Shown: positions 25,378-38,764 of the stretch, piece by piece | How the letters are laid out: each line of letters begins with the position of its first letter | How positions within the stretch are numbered: the first letter of the stretch is position 1 | NCBI RefSeq assembly: GCF_001194135.2 | Contig: NC_068993.1 | Coordinates: 23,354,233 to 23,416,339 of the forward strand | DNA: 62,107 nt | Source: Octopus bimaculoides | Lineage: Eukaryota | Direction of reading: 5' to 3' | Made by a program: the position numbers and the translations under genes | The notes under the pieces: model-generated | The model's input: the letters and a program-made list of their open reading frames with translations, nothing else | Databases searched by the model: none | What the model was told of the DNA's origin: nothing

Positions 25378-25821
25378 NNNNNNNNNNNNNNNNNNNNNNN
25401 NNNNNNNNNNNNNNNNNNNNNNNNNNNNNNNNNNNNNNNNNNNNNNNNNNNNNNNNNNNNNNNNNNNNNNNNNNNNNNNNNNNNNNNNNNNNNNNNNNNN
25501 NNNNNNNNNNNNNNNNNNNNNNNNNNNNNNNNNNNNNNNNNNNNNNNNNNNNNNNNNNNNNNNNNNNNNNNNNNNNNNNNNNNNNNNNNNNNNNNNNNNN
25601 NNNNNNNNNNNNNNNNNNNNNNNNNNNNNNNNNNNNNNNNNNNNNNNNNNNNNNNNNNNNNNNNNNNNNNNNNNNNNNNNNNNNNNNNNNNNNNNNNNNN
25701 NNNNNNNNNNNNNNNNNNNNNNNNNNNNNNNNNNNNNNNNNNNNNNNNNNNNNNNNNNNNNNNNNNNNNNNNNNNNNNNNNNNNNNNNNNNNNNNNNNNN
25801 NNNNNNNNNNNNNNNNNNNNN

Positions 25822-25861
<40 letters not shown>

Positions 25862-27015
25862 AACAGAGAGAGAGAGAGGAGAGAAGAGAGATTTGAGGTG
25901 GGTAAATATTCTTTTTGGTATTTTACTTGTTTCAGTCAGTTGACTGCGGCCATGTTGGAGTAATTTTTTTCAAAATAAATGACATGATGAATAACATGAT
26001 ATGCATTATAATAGTTCGATCGGATTAGCAGTTTCTACCGAGAGAGAACAATATAATTTTGACTATATTACATAACATAGAGAGACATGAAGTTGACATC
26101 TATTGTAACTGGTCATTGTGTCTCTATTACTGGTTATCTTGGGACTTCTCATATTGTTCACAATGCTGTATTATTATTTATTTTCAAGAAGTTCAAACAA
26201 GCACATTATTAGAGCCATTTTGCAAAATTAGCATTTCTTTTACGTCAAATCTGAATGGAAGACACAGACTGCACCACGGTCTCCACTTAATAATCCTGTT
26301 AAAAAGCACGGTAGATATATAATAATTGTGTCTTTGTCAGTGCAAGTATATAATCAGGTTTTCAAACACATTAATCCGATATTTTCTTGTGCAGAAACAT
26401 AGTGTAGCTGATCGAATCCTTGTATTTATATTCCTTTTGTTGAAATGTGAACATTTCAACACGGAATTGTTCCTGGTCAACTGCAAGGCTGAAGTTCAAG
26501 TTACTTTAGAATTATTGAAAGATTAATGTAAAAGAGCAGCCACTATAATAGTGAAAATAATCCGATATATTTCCATGCTCTCTTCAACAGAACGTTGCAA
26601 CTATAGCCCCTAGGCGTAAGAGATTTTCTATCTGTTTCAATTTCCTTACATCGATCGTTATTCATCTGACGTTATGTAGCTGCCCCCGATACAAAATTCC
26701 CTATCTGCTGTAACACATTTAACTTACAAATAAAAGACTTCTGGTTACCCGTTATGAGCTTTCCTTAATATAATTTGTCTTCAGAAACAACTGGACATAA
26801 ATAAACTGGACAATTTGGGAGTATGGTGAAAGTTCCTTGGGATTTTCCCATCGGTCCTGTACTAAATATTTAGGCATGCATATAAATATGTATATAGGTA
26901 CATAAGGAGGTATCCACTAACCACGTGTACATATGTTCACCTATACACACACACGCACATCCACATGTATGTATGTATGTATGTATGTATGTATGTATGT
27001 ATGTATGAATATATA

Positions 27016-27200
27016 GGTACAGGTGTGGCTGTGCGCTAAGAAACTTGCTTCGGAACTACATCGTTTTGGGTTCAGCTGCATTGCATGGCATCCTGGGTAT
27101 TTGTGTTCTATTATAACCTCGGGCCGACCGAAGGCTTATTAGTGGATTTGGTAGACGGGAACTGAAAGAAGAATGTCGTGTATGTGGCTGTATGTGTGTG
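27016..27200 (+). mobile_element. tRNA-derived SINE, diverged copy of the 12625 family
   Basis: ggtacaggtgtggctgtg..cctcgggccgaccgaaggcttattagtggatttggtagacgggaactgaaagaag aligns with 12625-12785. Confidence 0.8.
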
Positions 27201-27207
27201 TGCAAAT

Positions 27208-27273
<66 letters not shown>

Positions 27274-27849
27274 TATAGATAGATAGAAATTAGTAATAAT
27301 TGGAAGCATAACTGTTGATTTCAACATATCACCTTTCCACATTTATTTCCTTCCTTGCCATTCATTAAATTCACTATGATATATACCTGCATAAAAAATA
27401 CAGAGCTACATTTAGATATATGTTAACGCATTGAGACTGTAGATCTTCAGAGAAAAGGTGTAAATGTTAGTGTATTTGGGTATCGCGCAGAGAGAATTCG
27501 TATACAATTTGTTATTTCAAACCAAGTTGAATCAGTAAATGGTTAAACTTGATAAGAAGAGGAAAATTAAGACAGTGAATCAATGAAAAGATATTAATAT
27601 GAGCGCGCGCACAAACTCACTCATACACACACAGATATAACAGCAAATGTGGACACGACACACATTTTACTGCATACGTCCGTATTTCAATGTATGTCTG
27701 CACATATATCTGTGTATATATGCGCGAGCGCATGTGTGTACGTGTATCACACACATTTACATAGTGAGTTTATTGTATTAGTGATGAAAAATACAGCCAA
27801 AATTGATGTAAAGTCTATCACAGTTTTTAATTAATTTGGTATTCTAATC

Positions 27850-28340
27850 ACATTCGTTGACACAATCTTTTAATCATCATGTCTGTAATGTTCGTCTCCG
27901 ATCTGAATTGACCACGGCGTAGTTTGCAACAATCATTATGAATGGATATCACAAGAACCAGTTGAAAAATATCCCTCAAATTATATTAGTTGTAATAAGA
28001 GAATTATTTCGATAATTTAAGTATTTCTCGGATTTACAAATTTAGTAATAGTGTATTTCATTACTTTAAATTTACAATGAGACATGTCCTTCTTTACTCT
28101 ATTATGAGCTTTGTTACTTGAGAGGGGGAATTTTATCGCGAGCTAAATAATATTTCGGCGCAAATACACCAAGAAACACTTTAGACACAGTAAGAATCCT
28201 ATAACATTCATAAAATCCAATGTATAATAACCCCCTGCATATGAAGGCCGTAAATTGAATGCAATATTACAAAGGAAGAGAATCGTATTGCTAATACTAT
28301 GCACATCGATTGAACTTCCTATTTGGCAGCAACTCATGGT
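27850..28340 (-). mobile_element. Highly degenerate PLE RT-thumb remnant
   Basis: LCNIAFNLR resembles the PLE motif KxNIPFNLARR; weak, single motif. Confidence 0.3.
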
Positions 28341-28679
28341 ATAATAAGTGCCATAACCTTAAAGGTTTAATACTTTACAATCAACGAAATGTACTCGTCA
28401 TATATTATAAGAAAAAAAAATGCCATTTTTAAAAGTCACCTGACAAGACAAAACCTATGTGGAGAAAACATATTTTTTTCCTATATTCATTGTCTATATA
28501 AGAAAAATACTTATATAGTCAATGAATTTAGAAATTAGGTGTTATTCTTTACTATCCCTTTCTTTAATTATTGCAAATTAATATATAATTATATTCCCAT
28601 TACACAACTGCGAACGATACATGTTGAATACAAATAAGTAACAAATGCAAAAGAAACAAATATATAAATTTCTCCTTGG

Positions 28680-29230
28680 ATTGCGAAGACCCATAAATAA
28701 ACCGTTTCCAGCATTTTCCACATTACAAGCACTCGGCAACTCTTCCCTAAACATTCCTCCGTCTATACCTACTTGATATCACTCCGGTCAAGTTCGAATG
28801 TACATTAGTCCCTTCAAACTAATCAGACACATGTTTGATGGTTTCTATCTCGTACCCTGAAACTCTACGACCCAAGCCATTCTTCTTTCCTACAGGAATC
28901 TACCATGTTATTTGTAAATGTGTTGTTGTATGTCCCACCAGCAAGAAAACCAACCTGTCTCACGCTGACAAATAGCTGTCAGGTGAGAAAATAGTCATCA
29001 CTAACGACGTATTTCGACATCTTCAATTTATTGTTTCGTTCTCAGGCTTCTTTCCGCAAAGGAAGATCTACAAGTGATATGCCCCACTTAGAATTATTTC
29101 ATCGATTGAACCTTAAAGACATTTGATAAATAACAATGTATTAGCAAAACTAACGACCGTATCTCGTATTCGTATAGATTAGGAATAGTCCAGAAATATG
29201 ACTCCACTAACTTTCTTTCTGCATGAGTGA
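28680..29230 (-). mobile_element. Possible degenerate PLE (RT thumb to GIY-YIG linker)
   Basis: Ordered weak motifs on the minus strand: VIFLD, SDDYF, FLAGG.Y, ECL*CGK. Many stops. Confidence 0.3.
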
Positions 29231-29368
29231 CTTCCAATCAGTTTTCAGCATAGCTTCATGGTTGACGAAGATCTTACTGCCTTCCATTTACCTAGTTTTA
29301 GCGTGACCCATTCGTCGGTTTTATTGACCAAAACACCTTTTTTTCACTACTTATTTCAATACTGTGGA

Positions 29369-29754
29369 GGCGCAATAGCCCAGTGGTTAGGGCAGCGGAC
29401 TCACGGTCATAGGATCGCGGTTTCGATTCTCAGACCGGGCGTTGTGAGTGTTTATTGAGCGAAAACACCTAAAGCTCCACGAGGCTCTGGCAGGGGATTG
29501 TGGCGAACCCTGCTGTACTCTTTCATTTCACCAAAACTTTCTCTCACTCTTATTTCCTGTTTCTGTTGTGCCTGTAATTCAAAGGGTCAGCCTTGTCACA
29601 CTGTGTCACGCTGAATATCCCCGAGAACTACGTTAAGGGTACACGTGTCTGTGGAGTGCTTAGCCACTTGCACGTTAATTTCACGAGCAGGATGTTCCGT
29701 TGATCGGATCAACTGGAACCCTCGACGTCGTAAGCGACGGAGTGCCAACAACAA
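29369..29754 (+). mobile_element. tRNA-derived SINE, apparently complete
   Basis: A box GGCGCAATAGCCCAGTGGTTAG, B box GGTTTCGATTC, internal body, GC-rich structured 3' end and (CAA)n tail. Confidence 0.85.
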
Positions 29755-30559
29755 TTTCAATACTAAAATATAAATTTTTTTTCAATGATTTATTTGCGGC
29801 TAAACTCTACAACGCCTATTGTTACAGAGAGAAAAACTACTAACCCTCTCCATTTAAAATTCCCTAACTATACTCCATTCACATGCAAGCTGCATTCCAC
29901 GCGTCAATCCTACATTGACTCAATGAACACTGTGGCGCCCATAACAGCATCCAGTAAAGATACATCAACATCATCTCTTTCAAGCACAAAACCCCACCAA
30001 AATTCTAAAATTGAACTCATATCAAGAAACATCATAACACCCCATACACATTATACGGAACAACATTTCGCTTAAGCTCTGAAAAACTCTCAAATGTTGT
30101 GTTTCAACCTTTCCTAGGAACGATCCTAACAGAATTACGTCTTTAGCATAGCTAGGACCGCAACCTAAGATTGGCCTTTTTCTTCACTGCCAGATGATTA
30201 TAATTATGAATGTTTTTATTGCTATTCCATCTTAGAGTTTTACAATTGAAATATACGTTTTTGTCTGTTTGTTTTTTTCTCGAATAGGAAAATAAATTTA
30301 TACGAATACCACAATTACTTTCAGTAGCGTGAAAATGAAAGCTTCACTCGCTGTACATATGAATACAAGTGCAGTAGAGGAGTGCATCAGTGGCATATGG
30401 ACACCAAGTAATTCCATTACACTACATAGGATATGAGATCATGGAAGAAGAATATTTTGGTCAATTAGTCTGAAAGGGTCAAAGATCAAAGATCCTTCTC
30501 GAGGCTCATAAAGTCGTTCCAGAATTTTCTGTCATGTATAATACCCTCTTGAAAGGAAG

Positions 30560-31010
30560 CTGTTTCATCGCAGCATTACGCATTTTTACCAGATGAGTGT
30601 ACTGGAGCAGCATGAAAGGAAGTATTTTGCTTAAGAACACAACGTATGGCTTGGTCCATGAATCGGAACAAATGTTTATGATTATGCGTGCAGCATCCTT
30701 CCAACTAAGCCACGTATCTCCGCAACAATTAGCACAAGATAATGACCCATGCAAGAAAGAGCATTTTCCAATATTCAAACGAAAAGCAGTCTGAAAATAG
30801 AATAGCTGCTGCTGTTCTATTTTTGTTGGTTTCATTAACGGTATGATATGAGCTGAATTCCATTCCTACAGTTATTTGAAAAACGCCTACAGCAGTGTCC
30901 TCTCTCTTGGAAAAACAAACAAACAAATTAGATGCTTCCATACACAGACTGACATGCACAGGCATGATTCCCTCCTGAGCTGCTTCCATTCTGAGAAATG
31001 AACAGGATAA
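30560..31010 (+). mobile_element. Possible degenerate RTE-like LINE C-terminal fragment
   Basis: Frameshifted strings YWSS..SILL, AWSM, MRAA..H.S.QQL, KRLQ, LSWK, EMNR follow the order of RTE ORF2 C-terminal motifs; weak. Confidence 0.3.
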
Positions 31011-31625
31011 CACAAACAGGTTTGAAGAAGGAAACGACGAAGGTATGCAATAATATTGTTAAATACTGAAAGTTTGTGAAAACTATAAAGAACCCACAAA
31101 GTACCTATCACCAACAAGAAAATCAAACAGCTAGTTAAACCGCGCACGCGACTACAACCGAGAAAGGAAAAAAGAAAAGATATCGGTAATCCACAATTTA
31201 AAACCCATGACCATACTAAAGACAAAATAAAGACAAAAAAACTCAAGAGCAAGAATTGAAGCAATCACAACACAATTTACAACAAAATCAATACAGGCGG
31301 TGACCCTTCCAACATCACTGAACTCGGAATGAAATGCGATGCCCCGTTAGAGTACCCTCAGTGCAATAATCAAAGGAAGAATGTCGCGTAATTTATCTTG
31401 CAAGCGATAACGGGAACTCAAGTACGGCCCGAAACAGATGTTTCTGAAATATATATGCTGAGCTCTTCTTCAGGCTGCAGTTGACTGCTGTTAGCTGGAT
31501 CCTCCATTTCATCTGAATAAAAGACAATTGGTATTTTTGTAATTATTATCCGACCAACAAACTGGAAATGTGATGGGGTTGCGTAGGATACACAAAGAAA
31601 ATAGCAACATAAACAAAACAAGAGC

Positions 31626-31650
31626 AACAACAACAACAACTACTACTACA

Positions 31651-31713
<63 letters not shown>
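31626..31713. repeat. (CAA)/(CTA)n microsatellite
   Basis: Directly visible. Confidence 0.95.
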
Positions 31714-31715
<2 letters not shown>

Positions 31716-32266
31716 GTTTGTTAGAATCAATATTGGTAAATCAATATTATCATATCTAACTTCCAACTTCAATAACCATGTAACGTAATTCAGTTGTGAA
31801 ATTGTCAAGGGACAGCCAAAATAAGCATTTTGTGTCTCAAGTGCTATGGTACAGATTTCCTCTGTCCTTCTGTATAAAAACCAAGAAAAAAAATGTTCAA
31901 ATGAATTATTTGTGGAAGAGATTTATTGGCAATTTCATTTCGAGTGCTTTCCTTTGCAAGAAGTTTTTATTAATATAACTACTTATATCAAAATATCTAG
32001 AACCACACCTCTAAGAAATAACGTTATAGACAAAACCGCGTCTAAATATAGGAGGCTTTTCTTAAATATTTCAGTCCTAGACTATTGAGAGTCGGGGAAG
32101 TACAACTCCCAAAGATTTTCACCTTCCCTTCGTGTGGAGAGAGCCACATTCACAGAGTGGTTAATGCTATACCTCCTTCCCTTCCTCTTCCCCTCCACTT
32201 CTCCACTCCTGCGTTCTCTACTTTCACTTCTTCCTCTACATCATTCATTTCTTCTTTTATTCATAT

Positions 32267-32267
<1 letters not shown>

Positions 32268-32317
<50 letters not shown>

Positions 32318-32347
32318 TTGCCACTACTAGTACTATTGCTGCTGTTG

Positions 32348-32403
<56 letters not shown>

Positions 32404-32555
32404 GCTGCTGCTACAGCTGCCGTTGCCGGTGCTGCTGATGGTCCTTCTGTTAGTGCTGCTGGTGCTGAGGCTGCTTCTCCTGGGGCTGTTGCTGCTACCA
32501 CTACTACTATTACTGCTGCCGCTAGTAGTGCTGCTGCCGCGGCGGCGGCGGCGGC
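32268..32555. repeat. Compound trinucleotide tract (CTA)n/(GCT)n/(GCG)n
   Basis: Directly visible. Confidence 0.9.
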
Positions 32556-33009
32556 GTCTTTTTACGTCTTTTGGGTAGAGATCTCTAATTTTGTTTTATG
32601 CTTTTCTTTCAACCTGAGCATTTACAAATAAATAAATGAATGAATGAATTTAGTATTTCCGAGAGGATATCAGTAATAGAAGAGCGCTTGAAACGTTAGC
32701 TTAGTGTGGAAATCAACTTCACCAATAGCACCATCACCACCACCACAACCTCAACCACAACAAAATGGCAACTGTAAAACAACTGCAACAACGACAACAA
32801 ATGTCAAAATATACGAAAATCTAGACGGTGACTGTAATAGAACCAAGAGCAAGGCCATCACCAGCCACGCCCTATGACATATATCCGATGATGGTAGCGG
32901 CAGTAAAAGCTTGTCCACATTGAACCGCAAAAGTATCTGTGAGGTTAGAAATCTACATCATTAGTTATATCTTTGAAGCTTTGAATTTCTTTTTCCCAAA
33001 TATTGTACT

Positions 33010-33720
33010 CTTTTATGTACAGTACAGAGGAGACCGTACGCTACAAATAAAATTATTTATCACAGGGTTTCTGTAAGAGTTGTCAGCGACTTTTCTTTAG
33101 ATGATTGATCCGAAACACCATGGTATTTACAAGGAACAGGTTTGTTAATCTTTTGTGAATCTGGTTGATAAATTCTTGTGGGAATAAACAACTCATACGA
33201 CCGAAGTTTTAAATAGATTTTCCATTCAGTGAAATGCATCGTATCAAGAATTCCTTGTAGAAATATACACTTTCTCTATATATGTGGCATAATTTTATCC
33301 GCGCTTTTATTTCTTATTCTTTGCCACGCACGAGTATATGCATTAATTATTTTATTATGGTTTTCTTAAAGTTGTCACTGAAAAGTTGTTATTTTTATCA
33401 TTTTCTTTTTTCTTTATCATTTCTTATGATTGTCTTTAAATATGTATAAGATTTTAAATATGTATAAGATTTTACTGTTTTGCCATGTTTCAGGTAACTT
33501 TTCAAAAGGCAGACTATGTATCTGACACCTTGTTTGGATAGAAATATTATGCTATATCAGAAAACAGAGAATTAGTTAAAAGCAAAGCTTTGTTGCTAGA
33601 CACCGCTCAGGAGTACACATTGAAACATATCAAAAGTTTTGTTTCAATAAATCAAACCATATTTGGTTGGGAGCTGGAGACCCAAGAAGGCATTTGGAAG
33701 CGTGTTTGAATAACTCTGAA
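33010..33720 (+). pseudogene. Possible degenerate hAT-like transposase C-terminus
   Basis: SFVNLVDKF..ASYQEFL, then after a T-rich stretch ending TTTCAG: VTFQKAD..DTLFG..EL..FVSINQ, reminiscent of hAT dimerisation-region strings (GFSINK); low similarity. Confidence 0.25.
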
Positions 33721-33737
33721 TAAATTATTAAATAATA

Positions 33738-33774
<37 letters not shown>

Positions 33775-34859
33775 CATTTATTCACCACCAGGGCGAAGGA
33801 TGAGAGAGACAATACAAAACAGATATAAAGTGTGCGTACGTTGTGGAGGTGCATATAATGAAATAATAAAATAAATAAATAATAATAAAACCAAAGTGTG
33901 CACGGTATACGTGGAAAGGAAAGCAAACATACATAAGATACAAAGGTTAACGAAAAAAGTTGGGGGTTAAAAGAAACGTAGTCCTCCTGACAGAGGATTA
34001 CGGCTACAGATAATCGAGGAACCGCACTGTCTAAGATCTCCCTGAACATCTTGGGCAAGTACCTTCTCTAGTTCCCGTTCTACGACTCACAGGTCTGCCC
34101 TTAGTGAGCTACCATCCACTCTTACCATTTTCGCAACTTTCACCCATTTTTCAATAAACTCACTCGAAGACAGTATTTCGCTCTCCACCTTCAATTTCCT
34201 TTACAATTAAATCTTTTAAAACTTGAAGAAGTCAATGTGACCTCTANNNNNNNNNNNNNNNNNNNNNNNNNNNNNNNNNNNNNNNNNNNNNNNNNNNNNN
34301 NNNNNNNNNNNNNNNNNNNNNNNNNNNNNNNNNNNNNNNNNNNNNNNNNNNNNNNNNNNNNNNNNNNNNNNNNNNNNNNNNNNNNNNNNNNNNNNNNNNN
34401 NNNNNNNNNNNNNNNNNNNNNNNNNNNNNNNNNNNNNNNNNNNNNNNNNNNNNNNNNNNNNNNNNNNNNNNNNNNNNNNNNNNNNNNNNNNNNNNNNNNN
34501 NNNNNNNNNNNNNNNNNNNNNNNNNNNNNNNNNNNNNNNNNNNNNNNNNNNNNNNNNNNNNNNNNNNNNNNNNNNNNNNNNNNNNNNNNNNNNNNNNNNN
34601 NNNNNNNNNNNNNNNNNNNNNNNNNNNNNNNNNNNNNNNNNNNNNNNNNNNNNNNNNNNNNNNNNNNNNNNNNNNNNNNNNNNNNNNNNNNNNNNNNNNN
34701 NNNNNNNNNNNNNNNNNNNNNNNNNNNNNNNNNNNNNNNNNNNNNNNNNNNNNNNNNNNNNNNNNNNNNNNNNNNNNNNNNNNNNNNNNNNNNNNNNNNN
34801 NNNNNNNNNNNNNNNNNNNNNNNNNNNNNNNNNNNNNNNNNNNNNNNNNNNNNNNNNNT

Positions 34860-34930
<71 letters not shown>
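34860..34930. repeat. (TAA)n microsatellite
   Basis: Directly visible, about 400 bp upstream of Dong copy D. Confidence 0.95.
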
Positions 34931-34931
<1 letters not shown>

Positions 34932-35339
34932 CACCAAGCAGAAATTAAGAATCTGCAAAATCAATGAAAGAGAACTGGTTTAATGTAAGCCATCTCATAA
35001 AATAGCTTCCCTCAGATGCGGCACCATTGCAACACGTGCTCGAAAATGTAAACGCATGGAATACAATACCTCCATACGGAAACTGCCAACTTCTGAGTGA
35101 AAATTTTGATTTTAATTACATAAGCTCCATATATATACAAGTCCTAATCATATAAACACATTGCTGCTTCTTCTCAGTTTCTCGCTTATACATCAATAAT
35201 AATTATAAGTACGAAAGAGATATCAATACATGTCCAAGGACGATTTTCAGTTAAAAATGTAAACGTTGTAAAAACGAACCTATAACAAAATTAACCAAAG
35301 GAAAAAGAACAGTGGACACATATACATAAAAACTATGTC

Positions 35340-36683
35340 AGGTACCAACAGAAGGAAGCTGCTACAAATGACTAGGAAAGCAGTTTATGGAATCAGTAGG
35401 ATAGATACTAAAACTATGAGACACGAACTTATTGATCTATGCTGGAAGTTAAGTTATTCCACAAGGAAAGCATAAAAACGAGCCAATGTGGAAAAGGTGA
35501 TTACAAAATAAAATGAAGAATTAGAGGCAAGATCTGTGTAGAATAGAATGGAAACTGAACAAAATAGGAAACATATGATTCAAATCTTCTATTGTAGAAC
35601 GATACTTAGTCAAAGAGAAATGATTTGTTACAGTCATAGTAGAGCTGAAAGAGCGTATCCTAACAGTTGGAGGCAAGTTTTGAGATCAGAAAAAATAGAA
35701 TCAGCAGGATAGATTATTTGAAGCAGGCCAGAGGGAATTTTATAACGAAGTAGTGAAGAAGGAAGTACAGAAGATGAGAAACTTAATGCAGAAGAAGGTA
35801 GAAAGTTCGGGAGCAATTTTGGGGATAAAAGTAAAATGACAATGGAGATGCAGTATGGTTAAAGAAAGTGCAGAAAGAATTAGTGAGTGAGAAGCAGCCT
35901 AATCTAAGACTAAATAGTGCATTAATGAATAAAGTGTTAGGAAAAATGCCGAAGTGGATAAGCCCAGGACCAGATTTACTGCAAGATTACTGGTTAAAAA
36001 AATTTAGTAGTTTACATGGGAGGCTGAGGGAACAGCTCCAGTATTGCATTAATTCAATACGAGATTGGATAGTTAGAGGGAGAACAATACTCTATAAGAA
36101 AGATAAAAGCAAGTGTAATACAGCTATAATGTCTTATATTATCATTAGTGTGGAAGCTGTTAACAAGACCGCATGCAGAAAGCACTTACAAGCACCTTGC
36201 CAAACAGTATTTACTGCCAGAAGAACAGAGTGGTTGCAGGAAGAAGGCTTGGGGAACGCATGATCTATTGTACATTGACAAAGCTGTTCTACATGAAGTA
36301 AAAGCTAGAAAGAAAAATCTAAGAATAGTATAAATAGATCAGAGGAAAGCCTATGACATGATCCCACACTCATGGATAAGTGAATGTTTCAGTATATTCA
36401 GTATAGCAGACAACATACGTGAATAAATTAGCTTTAGCATGAAGGAATAGAAAGTAGATCTCTACTCAGGTGACACAATCTTAGTGAAAGTTAATATCAA
36501 GAGAGGAATTTTCCAAAGGGGCTCGTTATTCCCTTTAATATTTTGTCTTACGTTTGAACACCCTCAGTTTAGTATTAAGGAATGTAATAGCAGGGTATCT
36601 TTGCAGAATTAGTAGTGGAAATATTAATCATTTGCTCTACATGGAAGATCTGAAGCTTTTTAGTGAGAATGAAAATGAGATAC
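35340..36683 (+). mobile_element. Dong/R4-clade retrotransposon, N-terminal/RT fragment lacking its 3' end (copy D)
   Basis: QDRLFEAGQREFY, KMPKWISPGPDLLQDYWLKKF, WIVRGRTIL, WKLLT, LLPEEQSGCRK..GTHDLLYIDK, KAYDMIPHSWI, KRGIFQ, INHLLYMEDLKLF; the match stops abruptly at ~36683. Confidence 0.92.
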
Positions 36684-37290
36684 GTAAAGTTAATCGCCAC
36701 ATCACAGTGGCTGTTTCAAGTTACTATTAGTTTAACCCAGGTAGATTTTCCGGTAGCTGGTTATCGATGTGGCACTGCACACTGTACATACATATATATT
36801 ACTAGTAGAGGAGCGAGCTCCTGCTGTAGCGCCGCACCGATAACTAGCAGAAGATCTGCTTGCGGTTAATCTAGTTTTTACATAAAACAGCCACTTTCAG
36901 GTGGCGATTAATTTTACTTGTTTGTGTAGATACTACTCTAATATGTTCCTGAGATTGTAAAACTAGCTACTTTGCATGTTGCACATCAGTGGCCGATGGT
37001 CAATTTGTTTGCAATATATTGCGGAATATTACGGACCCTGGCTATCTCACTGGCGACGAGGTACTTGCGACTGAAAATAAGCCAACTAGCTCGCGATCCT
37101 GTTGTCTGCTAGAGGATGGTAGGGGTTCGCTCCCCTGCTAGCAATATATATGTATATACAGGGTGCAGTACCAGACTAATAACTAGCTGACGAAAGATCT
37201 ACCTGGGGTTAAAGTAGTAGTAACATAAAACAGCCACTTTTACGTGCAATTAACTTTACTTGTTAGGAAAGTTACTACACTCACCACACT
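36684..37290. repeat. Fold-back block of three copies of a ~140-bp interspersed-repeat module
   Basis: 36684-36822 is inverted relative to 37122-37259; a third partial inverted copy lies at 36825-36945; the motif ggagcgaacccctac also occurs at ~18700-18720. Confidence 0.75.
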
Positions 37291-37394
37291 TTGGGGGGGT
37301 GGGGGGTGGAGTTCCACCCAGCGGAACCCACGTCACCCCGACTGCCAAAAGTACCCCAGGTAGGCACATCTTTCCCCCTCAAATGCTCCGCTCT

Positions 37395-38750
37395 ATAGGC
37401 GAATGTTCAGAGTAGGCCCACTCACAGGAGCCATTTTCACGACATTCATCCATCTTTCAATAAAATTACTTCCCTCTTTATCTTCATTTCCTTTTCAAGT
37501 AGAAATTGAAAAGCCTATGAGGGCTTGGCCGAAGGGGAAAGAGTCTGTCTTCAGTGCTTTCAGCCTCGTCCACCACACTACCTATTTCGCTATAACCACC
37601 AAGCAGAATAAGGCGGAGGTCGTGAATAATTATGTTTGGAAGAGCGCAACTCCATCCAGCTTATCGATGACAAGCACCAGCCTCTTGGCTAACACCTTGG
37701 CTAAAATTTTATAATCTGCATTCAGCAAAGTTATAAGCCCAATTTTTTCCTCTTATTCTAATTTTTTCTCAGCCGCACCAACACTCCACGGATTACAGCA
37801 CTGGGAATTCTCCCGTTCTGCTGCCTGTGACTAACAAGTGACTACCGAACAAGTCTGGCATATGAAAATATAGGTCGATGGGTAGACCATCGAGACTTCT
37901 CTCTTGCGGAGTTGGTCATCGTTATCACGCATATATTCGGCTGTTATCGGTATTTCGCAGAACTTTATCTATGGCGGAGAGGCGCAGCAAACCACTAAGA
38001 TAGGTGATGAAATTCACTTCCCTCTCAGAACCATCGCGCTTGATGCACTGCTGAAATTCTGCACACATCTTGGACTCGGTTATCATCAGCCCATCATAGC
38101 TTGCCGAAATAGAATTGATGCTTTATTTCCACACAGTGTCTCTGGCACCCGGGCCCATCGAACATCTTTCATCCCCTCCCGTCTCAGTGCACGCGGCCTA
38201 GCTCTGACAAGAGAACCTTCGTGTCTGGCAGTGAAGAATTGAGCAAGAGCCAATCTCGATGACTTTGAACTGTGGACAATTTATTCTACTTCAGTCTACA
38301 GGTTCACAAACTACTCTATCTAGATACAATCTGGAAGACCTGATTCGGTTTACTTATGTCCACATCGTCACGTTCAGGAAATCCAGTCGGTACCTGTCAG
38401 TCAACTGGAAGCGTCTAAGCAGGTTTGTGAGTTTTTACTCCCACTCTCCTATCAGCTATCCCAGCCTATCCAGGCATGCATCCAAGATGGAGTTGCAGTC
38501 GTTCATAAAGATTAAGGAGAGTGATGTCCCAAAGAAAACTTCTAAACGTCTCGAGACATCTGACTGCTCCATCTCTGCATGGACGTAAACAGCAACTATT
38601 CGAAAGGCACCACCTTCCTGTTGATCACGTCCTGGACACATGCTTACCCTCCGGGTCCAGGAAGATCGTCCAAACCTCGAGATTCAGGCTTCTTTTAAAC
38701 ATGATTACCACCTCGCCTCTCATTTCTGGCTAACTAAGAGTTTATTGACT
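37395..38750 (-). mobile_element. L1/Tx1-clade LINE fragment (APE endonuclease plus RT with internal deletion)
   Basis: VVIMFKRSLNLEVWTIFLDPEGKHV, AFRIVAVY, MNDCNSILDA, FQLTDRYRLD, YLDRV; SLDGLP, QQNGRIP, ITLLNADYKILAKVLAKRL; later ERW..VK..GP. Confidence 0.88.
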
Positions 38751-38764
38751 CTTGTGAACGGGTT

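Noticed and set aside
26110-26230. Hydrophobic TM-like stretch VIVSLLLVILGLLILFTMLYYYLF
   Set aside because: Bounded by stops; T-rich DNA readily yields such peptides; no cadherin or receptor motifs nearby.
31418-31536. Minus-strand acceptor followed by DEMEDPANSSQLQPEEEL
   Set aside because: No good donor before the stop and no partner exons.
34090-34245. PLE-like string NFHP next to the gap
   Set aside because: A single weak motif.
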